DNA of 64,000 bases from an uncultured Clostridia bacterium (GTDB lineage Bacteria; Bacillota; Clostridia; TANB77; CAG-508), in assembly GCA_934120675.1 (NCBI GenBank), contig CAKOUU010000006.1, positions 23,408-87,407 on the forward strand, in the 5' to 3' direction. A program made the translations under genes and the position numbers. Under the pieces are notes generated by a model. It did no database searches. It was not told the origin of the DNA and saw nothing but the letters and a program-made list of their open reading frames with translations. Below, piece after piece: positions 19,105 to 27,033 of this stretch; the stretch's first letter is position 1; each line of letters begins with the position of its first letter.

Positions 19105-19404
19105 TTCTTTTTCCTCCTTTTGTATTTGGTGAAATAAGCAAAAGTTTTGTTTATTATACTCTATTTTTTGATATAAGTAAATAGTTTTTATAAATTTTGG
19201 TTAATTTCTTATGTTAATTTTTGATGTGTGATTAAGGTATTGTTTACTCACACATTTTAGAAAGCTCTCGAAATATTAATAGCGGACATTGATAATATTT
19301 GTTTTTTTTCAAATATTTTAAAGTCCGTTTCTTTGTTTATTTTTGAAAATGTTTAGGTTTAAGTACTTGTGAAATAATATTTAATATAGTACCAATTTAT
19401 CTTT

Positions 19405-20379
19405 TTAATTTTGAATTTTGATTTGTTCTTCTTTTATTAATTGATATCTTATAAGTTCTTTACTATCTAGATTTTCCTTATGCATATCAACTGCTGTAAT
19501 TTGATGGTTATCATATGTTGTGTAATAATAGATTCCTTTACTTGCATTACAGCAAGATGTATAAATTGTTATCTCATACTTTCCGTCATCTACCTCACAA
19601 CATCCCCTTTGTTGATCTACTGAATTAAGAATATGGAAGAATTGGCTAACACTTTCATTTTCTGTATCTTTTGAAACTGAGTTCATTTTTACAAAACTTG
19701 CTCTTATAAACCTAGATTGTGAAGATAAATCACCAGGAAGTCCTATTGCTCCCATTCCTCTGCTGTATCTATCTAAATTTATATTTTTTGCAAATTTGTT
19801 TTCAGGTGATTTTGGTGATAAATTCATATAATTGTTTAATGCAAACATTTGCTTATCAAATGGTGGATTATTCGTTAAAATCCCTACTGGATTTTCATAT
19901 ATTTTTATTCCATCTTTCATTGTTTCAACTGTTATGGCTTCTTCTTTGTCTGCTATAATCCAATGCAATTGTGCTAGTGGTAATTGTTCATTAAATGGTT
20001 CATTTAAAAAGTTCATTTTTTCTATTAATTGCTTTGCTTGTTTTACTGTTTCACATTGACTTAAAATCCATGGTATAAATTCGTATTGTGTTATATTATC
20101 TTTTTCTTCTTCTTTTGAGTTGTAGTGTGTGTTTCCTACAAAGTTCAGTCCTGCTATTCCTAAGCCTTTTTCGTTTATTGCGTCATAGTATAGTGGGTAG
20201 TTTTCGGCTACATATGCCATTCCTATTATTGCATAGTGATTTTTTATTGGTTCTTTTTCTTTGAATTTGAATTCGTAATTTCTTGGTGTTATTGTTATTT
20301 CATCTCCATATGAGAATTCATAGTCTAATGTTCTTCCAAAATAGAAGTTTTTTGTTTTATATGTTGCTGCTGTACACAT
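19405..20379 (-). CDS. Choloylglycine (bile salt) hydrolase / linear amide C-N hydrolase, Ntn family
   Basis: The start MCTAATYKTKNFYFGRTLDYE carries the Cys2 nucleophile and is preceded by SD aaaggagg. The track ORF's 25-aa N-terminal extension is unlikely to be real. Confidence 0.85.
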   Translation of the reverse strand: MCTAATYKTKNFYFGRTLDYEFSYGDEITITPRNYEFKFKEKEPIKNHYAIIGMAYVAENYPLYYDAINEKGLGIAGLNFVGNTHYNSKEEEKDNITQYEFIPWILSQCETVKQAKQLIEKMNFLNEPFNEQLPLAQLHWIIADKEEAITVETMKDGIKIYENPVGILTNNPPFDKQMFALNNYMNLSPKSPENKFAKNINLDRYSRGMGAIGLPGDLSSQSRFIRASFVKMNSVSKDTENESVSQFFHILNSVDQQRGCCEVDDGKYEITIYTSCCNASKGIYYYTTYDNHQITAVDMHKENLDSKELIRYQLIKEEQIKIQN

Positions 20380-20492
20380 AATTTTTTCCTCCTTTCGCTT
20401 CACTTCGTTTCGCTCATCGTCATCCAAAATTTTTTTCAAAATTTTGTCTGCCAAATCTTAGAAATTTTGCTCATTTTAATATTTTTTTAATT

Positions 20493-21050
20493 TTAGATAG
20501 CAATTTTTTGTGGTTCTGGATATTCTACTCCAAATGTTTCTACTGTTACTTTTTTCATAACAGGTGGTTCTACTGGTCTATCTTTTCCACCACCAAATGG
20601 ACTTCTTGTAATTACTCTAGATTTTACAATTTTATCTACTACATCCATCCCTTCAATAACACTTCCAAATGCAGCATATTTTCCATCTAAAAATTCTGAG
20701 TCATCTGTTACTATAAAGAATTGAGAACCTGCACTATTAGGCATCATGCTTCTTGCCATTGATACGATTCCTCTTACATGTGATATGTTGTTTTCTACTC
20801 CATTTTCTTTGAATTCTCCTTTTATTCCGTATCCTGGACCTCCCATTCCTGTTCCTTCTGGGTCTCCTCCTTGTGCCATGAATCCTGGAATTGTTCTGTG
20901 GAATATTAGTCCATCATAAAATCCTTTTTGTACTAGATTTACAAAGTTGTTTACTGTTTCTGGTGCTTTGCTTGGGTATAATTCTAATTTTATTATTCCC
21001 CCATCTTCCATTTCTATTGTTACTATTGGTTTCTTTAAATTTTCACTCAT
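20493..21050 (-). CDS. Cyclophilin-type peptidyl-prolyl cis-trans isomerase
   Basis: It has FHRTIPGFMAQGGDP, GSQFFI and AFG. The start could also be at 21065. Confidence 0.9.
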   Translation of the reverse strand: MSENLKKPIVTIEMEDGGIIKLELYPSKAPETVNNFVNLVQKGFYDGLIFHRTIPGFMAQGGDPEGTGMGGPGYGIKGEFKENGVENNISHVRGIVSMARSMMPNSAGSQFFIVTDDSEFLDGKYAAFGSVIEGMDVVDKIVKSRVITRSPFGGGKDRPVEPPVMKKVTVETFGVEYPEPQKIAI

Positions 21051-21086
21051 AATTTTATCTCCCATCTTTTATTCTATCTTAATTTT

Positions 21087-21965
21087 TTATTTCAAAATTT
21101 TTTCTACAAAATCATTATCATTAAATAATGTAATTGATTTTGGTAAAACATCAATTATAAATTTATTTCCTGTTAATTTTTCTCCATCAACATTAAAAGT
21201 AATTTCTTCATCAAGCTCTAATTCTACATGATTTGTTCTAAATTTATGAATTCTTCTTTTCCCTTCATGTTTTCCTTTTTTCAGCCTTAAAATTAATGGA
21301 ATCATTTTTATTTTTGGCATTTCTTCTGCATAATAAACATCTAAAAGTCCATCTGTTAATGTTGATTTTGGTGCAATATTAAAGCCACCGCCATAATATG
21401 CTCCATTGCAAATGCTTAAAATTGTATATTTTGTTTCAATGTTTTTTACACTAGTTTTCAATTTCATTTTTTTATGTTTGAATTTTATAAAGGTATATAC
21501 AATACTTGCATTATAAAGCTGATTTGTTGGTATTATTGTGTTCCTTAATTTGTCAATATTGTTTGCTACTTCAGCATCGATTCCTGTACACGCTACATTT
21601 ATAAAATATTTGTCATTAATTTTTCCTATATCTATCAACGTCTCTTTATTAGGCAGATTTTTTATTGTTCTATATGTATCATTTCCTGAGCCTGATGGAA
21701 TAATACCCAATTTGTTTTTGGTGCCAACTAACGCAGGTAGCACAAGTGTTAGAGTTCCATCTCCTCCTACAACATATATCACACATTCTACATCTTTGTA
21801 TTCTAAGGCAATATCATATCCACTTTTTTCATTTGTTATGTATCTAATTTCAAATTCAATATTTTGATTTTTACATTCGTTTTCTATATTGGGTATGATT
21901 TTTTTGCTTTTTCCTCTTCCAGCACTTTCGTTTACTATAAAAATCCATTTCATATTTAATTTCAA
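21087..21965 (-). CDS. Diacylglycerol kinase-family lipid kinase (YegS/DagK-like)
   Basis: It has the VVGGDGT motif and the family-typical length and layout. Confidence 0.85.
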   Translation of the reverse strand: MKLNMKWIFIVNESAGRGKSKKIIPNIENECKNQNIEFEIRYITNEKSGYDIALEYKDVECVIYVVGGDGTLTLVLPALVGTKNKLGIIPSGSGNDTYRTIKNLPNKETLIDIGKINDKYFINVACTGIDAEVANNIDKLRNTIIPTNQLYNASIVYTFIKFKHKKMKLKTSVKNIETKYTILSICNGAYYGGGFNIAPKSTLTDGLLDVYYAEEMPKIKMIPLILRLKKGKHEGKRRIHKFRTNHVELELDEEITFNVDGEKLTGNKFIIDVLPKSITLFNDNDFVEKILK

Positions 21966-22020
21966 TCCTTCCTCAAGGTAGAAACCCTGTTGGAAAAAAT
22001 TTTCAATTTTCCAACCTTTT

Positions 22021-22596
22021 CTACTTTCTAAGTATGTTTAATACTTCATTCTTAATATAATTATTTGCTTCTTCTATTTCCATTTTACTAACATCTATTG
22101 GTTTTCCAAATTCAATTGATAAACCTTTTCTGAATGGTTTATAGTCTCCTTTTATTGCAAATGGAATTATTGGTGTGTTCGTTTTTTGAGCTATTTTTAC
22201 TGCTCCATATCTGAATTTCAAAAGTTCTTGGTTTGTCCTGTTTCTTGTTCCTTCTGGAAAGATTCCAACTGTTCCCCCTTGTTTAAGCACTCTTTCTGCT
22301 TTTAATATGGCTACAGGATTGCTTTTGTTTCTGTGTACTTTTATAGTTCCGATGCTTTCAAAAATTTTTCCGTGGATTCCCTTGAACAGACTTTCTTTTG
22401 CCATATAATGTACTATTCTGTTTGTGTTTGACATTACCATTATTGGGTCAAATGCGTGCTTGTGGTTTCCTACAAAGATAATTGCTCCTTTTTCTGGTAT
22501 GTTTTCTGTTCCTTTTACTGTTGGTTTATATATTATTTTTAGCATCTTGCTGTATATTGCTTTTGCTATTTTGTATAGTGTTTTGTTTTCTTTCAT
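22021..22596 (-). CDS. plsC: 1-acyl-sn-glycerol-3-phosphate acyltransferase
   Basis: It has the HxxxxD motif (NHKHAFDP) and the FPEGTR motif. Confidence 0.85.
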   Translation of the reverse strand: MKENKTLYKIAKAIYSKMLKIIYKPTVKGTENIPEKGAIIFVGNHKHAFDPIMVMSNTNRIVHYMAKESLFKGIHGKIFESIGTIKVHRNKSNPVAILKAERVLKQGGTVGIFPEGTRNRTNQELLKFRYGAVKIAQKTNTPIIPFAIKGDYKPFRKGLSIEFGKPIDVSKMEIEEANNYIKNEVLNILRK

Positions 22597-22610
22597 TTTT
22601 GTTTCCTTGT

Positions 22611-25600
22611 TTATTTAAAATATTTATCTTCAATATATTTTTTACCTATATTAAATACATCTGCATTTCCATTATCAATTAAAATATTTCTCGCCTTTTC
22701 ACATTGCAAATATATATCATATAAATAATCCCATATTTTTAATTTGTCTCCTATTTTTCTTAATTCTTTGTCTTTAATTATCTCAACAAACTTTAAATCA
22801 TATTCGTTTTCTTCTTTATTATAACACTTTTGATATAAAGTTTTCTGATATATTCCATAATCAAAACGTGTCAAATCTTCGAATATTTCCATTCCTGTAA
22901 CAAACCCTATAAATTCTATATAGAGTTGCCTTCTGCCTATACTTCCTAAGCTTTGAAATGCCATATTAAAAAATATTTCGATATCTGATGAATTAACTAT
23001 TGCTCTGGCCACTTTCATTTTTCCTAATTTATTATATTGGCATTTTATTTCATTGATAAAGTAATTTAGAGCTCCAAATACATAATAATTAAAATGTTTT
23101 CTATCTGTCTCTGAATATAAATAAAATATATTTTGTAATTGGTCTATAATTAGTTCATCCTCATCTTCAAACTCATAGAGCTCTGTCCAATCTAAGATTA
23201 TTTTTAATAGATTTTCTTTTCTTTTTATTAGTTCATTTGTAGCAATATATATATAAATGTAAGTATTTATAAATTTTGTTTCTTCTTCTTTTTGATATAT
23301 AATTCCCGTACTATATAGTTCATCTAGTTCTTTTTTATATTGAGTGATGTATTTTTGCATCTCTTTTTGGTTTATATTAAATTTACCTTTTAAAAAGCTA
23401 TCATATGCAATGTCTATAAGTAGTTTGTAACTTTTATTCGAAATATTAAATTTTTCATGCAATATATAATCTAAAAATCCTCTTGCAAGTCCAGTTACAG
23501 ATTCATCTGTTTCTGTTTTTTTGTCTAAAAATTCTTTATATAATTTTAAATTATTATATTCATATTCATTATTTTCACTGGTAAAACTAAATTTCCACCA
23601 GTTTTCATTTGACCTCAATTTTCTCAATAAATCGTAATATTCATTTTTCTTTTTTTGTACTTTTTTTATTTTTATTCCTTTTTCAAACTTTTCTTTTATT
23701 GCTTTAATTTGCATTTCATCTACTGTTTTATATTTATAATATTCTTGTGCTTTTTGTGCTTTGTCATTTCTTATATCCTCTATAGCATTATCCAACATCT
23801 TTCTATCAACATTTACATCACAATAATTATGCAAATATTTTAATATTTTATTTATATATTTTTTGCTATATAAGTTTTGCAAACTAGGTATTTCTTCCAA
23901 AAATGTATCTTTAATCCAAGTTTGTATTATATCCTCTAATTCTTCTCCTTCAATTATTTCTGTTGCTATCTCTTCTGTAAGTTGTTCATTTATTATATCT
24001 TCTACCTCTTCTGAAATTAAGTTTGTTACAGCATCCGAAAATTGATATATATTGTCAATCATGTATTCTGTATCTTTTTGATAATTGAAAATCTTTACAC
24101 ATGTTTTAAAAAAAGTTTCGCAGTCTAATACATCGCTAAGATAATATACCATATCAATATTGCCATATATTATTATATCATTTTTAAACATTTCCATTGT
24201 ATAATCATATAATATATCTGTTTCATTCCCTAAGATATCAATTACTATTTCTGGATCTTCACAAATAAATTGTTCTTCTATTATTTCTTTTAAAAACTTT
24301 TCCCTTTCTGGATTAATTCTGTTTTTTATTATTCTAAATAATATTGTTTTTTTATTATAGTAAAAATACTTTAATGTTTTAAAATCCTTCTCTGCTTTCT
24401 GTGCTAATTTTTCAGCCATCTCATCTTCGTCTATAATCAAATAAATATAATGCAAAGTTTCAACATATTTTGCACTTTTTATATATCTTTCTACATCTAT
24501 TTCTTTGTAGTTTATTTTGTTAATAATATAGTCAGCAATGCTGTGCTTATTTACTTCTAATTCTCTTTCTTCATTTTTATTAAATGTAGTTTTTATAAAT
24601 GAATCACTTAATACTTTTAATGATTTGGCAAATGTTTCTGAATCTATTAATGTGATATTTTCATTTTTTATTATTTGTTTGAATTGTTCTTTTACATATA
24701 GTTCTGGAACTTTTACACCATATAAAACTATTATTGTTAATATTATTTTTTCATATACTGATAATTTTCTATATTCTTCCTCCCACAGTTTATCTGGGTC
24801 GTCTAATGCTTTTAATATATATTCTTTTACATTTTGTATCTTTTTATTTTTTAGTCTTTCACATAAAAGAGAGATGACACCTGGATTAAAATTATCATTT
24901 GTAATAACATCCACATAAAATTCATCTTCTACAATTTTTTTATGTGTTTCTGTTCCCAGCAAATTATTTATCTTCATATGGTTATATAAAATATTTCCTT
25001 TTTCTTCATAAGTATAATTTGTTACATCTATTAGATATTCATCTTTTATGCTTGTTGATTTATAAAACTTATAAAACAGATTTTTAGCATTATTGTATAT
25101 GTAAGTTCTAGTTGTAAAAATAAGTTTTTTATTTTTGGAATTTTTAAAAATTCCAACTATTTTATCCAATGTGTTATCTGCTATATTTTTTTCTAAGTAT
25201 TCAACATTTGACCCCAAAAAGTCATCTAATAAGCAAATTATTTTTTCATCAATAGCGACTTGTTCTTTTATATTTTGTAAATCATCTACATTTCCATATA
25301 TAAACATATATCCCTGCTCTATATATTCTGATACTAATTTTCTTGCTGTTGTGGTTTTTCCAACCCATGGTTCTCCATGTAAAATAACTATATTTTGTCT
25401 TTCCAGCTTTTCTTTTGCCTCTTTATATGCATTTGTTTCAAAAAATACTTTGTTAGATTTTTTTATTTCTTCTAATTCATATTTTGTATTGTAGTTATAG
25501 CATACTATTTTTTTATCATATACTTCTGTCTGTGGTAGTGTTTTTATTTCTTTATATATATTTAAATTTTTTATAAAGTCTACACATATTGAAACTAATT

Positions 25601-26081
25601 TATTTTCTTTTAACGGTGTAAATTTTATTCTTTTTGTTTTATGACTTTTTATTTTGTTTTCTTCTAATATTTGTTCTATTGTTTTTAGGTCGAATACTTT
25701 GTAATATATTTGTGATTTTTTGTATTCGTCTATTTCTGTGATGAAATAGATTGCTCCAATATTTGATTTTCTGTAGTTTTCTATGTCTGATATTTTTACG
25801 TTGTAGTAGGCTTCGTTTCTTGTTTGTTCTTCTGCTTTTGTGTTTGTTTTTTGCGATATTCTTATTTTGTTTTTTTGTTTTATGTTTTGTCCTTTTACTT
25901 GTACTGGTATTATTCCTACTATGTCTGTTGTTTTATTGCTATCTTTTTTGTATAGTTCTATTTTTCCGTCCCACACTGGTTCTTTGTCTCTTTTTCGTAG
26001 ATTCTCTTGTAGGTTGTCATATTTGTTTATTTCATTTATTATCGCACTTATTGCTATGCTTTCTGTTTTTGAAGAATTCAT
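22611..26081 (-). CDS. Large single-gene STAND-like NTPase with an N-terminal DUF4365 (Mrr/REase-like) domain and a long helical C-terminal region; candidate Avs/nSTAND-type antiphage sensor
   Basis: The likely start is MNSSKTESIA at 26081 (SD aaggaag). The N-terminus has WDGKIELYK...IIPVQVKG (DUF4365-like). Walker A is HGEPWVGKTTTARKL and Walker B is IICLLDDFLG. About 700 aa of repeat-like alpha-helical sequence follow. Confidence 0.6.
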   Translation of the reverse strand: MNSSKTESIAISAIINEINKYDNLQENLRKRDKEPVWDGKIELYKKDSNKTTDIVGIIPVQVKGQNIKQKNKIRISQKTNTKAEEQTRNEAYYNVKISDIENYRKSNIGAIYFITEIDEYKKSQIYYKVFDLKTIEQILEENKIKSHKTKRIKFTPLKENKLVSICVDFIKNLNIYKEIKTLPQTEVYDKKIVCYNYNTKYELEEIKKSNKVFFETNAYKEAKEKLERQNIVILHGEPWVGKTTTARKLVSEYIEQGYMFIYGNVDDLQNIKEQVAIDEKIICLLDDFLGSNVEYLEKNIADNTLDKIVGIFKNSKNKKLIFTTRTYIYNNAKNLFYKFYKSTSIKDEYLIDVTNYTYEEKGNILYNHMKINNLLGTETHKKIVEDEFYVDVITNDNFNPGVISLLCERLKNKKIQNVKEYILKALDDPDKLWEEEYRKLSVYEKIILTIIVLYGVKVPELYVKEQFKQIIKNENITLIDSETFAKSLKVLSDSFIKTTFNKNEERELEVNKHSIADYIINKINYKEIDVERYIKSAKYVETLHYIYLIIDEDEMAEKLAQKAEKDFKTLKYFYYNKKTILFRIIKNRINPEREKFLKEIIEEQFICEDPEIVIDILGNETDILYDYTMEMFKNDIIIYGNIDMVYYLSDVLDCETFFKTCVKIFNYQKDTEYMIDNIYQFSDAVTNLISEEVEDIINEQLTEEIATEIIEGEELEDIIQTWIKDTFLEEIPSLQNLYSKKYINKILKYLHNYCDVNVDRKMLDNAIEDIRNDKAQKAQEYYKYKTVDEMQIKAIKEKFEKGIKIKKVQKKKNEYYDLLRKLRSNENWWKFSFTSENNEYEYNNLKLYKEFLDKKTETDESVTGLARGFLDYILHEKFNISNKSYKLLIDIAYDSFLKGKFNINQKEMQKYITQYKKELDELYSTGIIYQKEEETKFINTYIYIYIATNELIKRKENLLKIILDWTELYEFEDEDELIIDQLQNIFYLYSETDRKHFNYYVFGALNYFINEIKCQYNKLGKMKVARAIVNSSDIEIFFNMAFQSLGSIGRRQLYIEFIGFVTGMEIFEDLTRFDYGIYQKTLYQKCYNKEENEYDLKFVEIIKDKELRKIGDKLKIWDYLYDIYLQCEKARNILIDNGNADVFNIGKKYIEDKYFK

Positions 26082-26317
26082 TGGAGGCTTCCTTTCTTTT
26101 TTTCTTATTTTATTATTTTTTGGGAGATGTGTCAATATTGAGGGAGAAAAGAGGTTTGGGGAGTGTGAATTTTTTCTTAAATAATGTTGATACTTTATTT
26201 TTTAAATTTACATTATAGTATATTTAAACAATTACATAAATGTAGAACTACAAACAGACTGCACTTATATAATGAAAAAGTACAAATTCCTTTTACAACA
26301 GAAATATTGCTAAAAAA

Positions 26318-26673
26318 ATGTATGAAAATGATGTGAAAGTAAAGTATCATCCTCAAAATGGAACTTATAAAGATATGGGAATACATGAGGCAGGACATAT
26401 GGCATTAAATGAAATATAAAAAAAGAAATATATAAAGTAACAGACTGGAATAATAATATAACAGTTCAAAGAATAGTAAATGAAGCATTTGAAAATTTAA
26501 AAATAAATGATATAATACAAAAAAGAAAATCCTTAAAGGAAATATCAACACATGCAGTAAAATATAATTTAAATGAAACTATTGCTGAAGCTTTTGCAGA
26601 TTATTATGCTAATAAACAAAATGCTTCATTATTAAGCAAAAACATAATAGAAGTTATGAAAGGGATGATTTAA
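26318..26673 (+). pseudogene. Frameshifted remnant of a zincin-like (HExxH) domain gene of MGE/polyvalent-protein type
   Basis: Frame 1 reads MYENDVKVKYHPQNGTYKDMGIHEAGHMALNEI*. After an A7 run, another frame continues EIYKVTDWNNNITVQRIVNEAFENL...ETIAEAFADYYANKQNASLLSKNIIEVMKGMI*. Confidence 0.5.
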
Positions 26674-26674
26674 T

Positions 26675-26830
26675 ATGATGCCTATGGAACACCCTTGGAC
26701 GGATTGGCAAATAGATACACTAGGAGAAGAAAAACCTTGGAAATGGAAAGAAAATACACCCAAAAAAATAATAGAACAATATAAAGAGTGGGAAAAATAT
26801 TACAATGAAATGATGAAAATTAAATTTTAG
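26675..26830 (+). CDS. Small hypothetical protein (51 aa), below the track cutoff
   Basis: It reads MMPMEHPWTDWQIDTLGEEKPWKWKENTPKKIIEQYKEWEKYYNEMMKIKF. It starts 1 nt after the preceding stop and is followed by a terminator. Confidence 0.35.
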   Translation: MMPMEHPWTDWQIDTLGEEKPWKWKENTPKKIIEQYKEWEKYYNEMMKIKF

Positions 26831-26860
26831 CACTTACTTTAAAAAGTCAGTGCTTTTTTT
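26829..26860 (+). terminator. Intrinsic terminator
   Basis: The stem is agcacttac / gtcagtgct (1 mismatch), followed by T7. Confidence 0.6.
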
Positions 26861-26869
26861 ATGGAAAGA

Positions 26870-27033
26870 ATTTACATTCTACTATATTTAAATAACTACT
26901 TAAGGATTTAATTTCAATAGTGATTTCAGCGGTAGTATTTATATTCTACTATACTTAAATAACTACGCAATAGTATTACAGATTGGAATAATGCAACTTC
27001 TAAATTTATATTCTACTATATTTAAATAACTGC
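26870..27033 (-). CRISPR. Distal (old-end) part of the CRISPR array: 3 degenerate repeats, 2 spacers of 37 nt
   Basis: The repeats at 26870-26899, 26937-26966 and 27004-27033 each differ from the consensus ATTTATATTCTACTATATTTAAATAACTAC at one position. Confidence 0.9.

Noticed and set aside
21989-22015. The hairpin gttggaaaa/ttttccaac between plsC and the lipid-kinase gene, as a terminator.
   Set aside because: There is no U-tract on the transcribed (minus) strand, and the two genes are only 55 nt apart in the same orientation. It is more likely an intra-operon structure, so I did not call it.
26213-26398. The 61-aa minus-strand ORF between the STAND gene and the array.
   Set aside because: It has a hydrophobic low-complexity translation and is antisense to the zincin-like pseudogene fragments, which carry a recognisable HEAGH motif.
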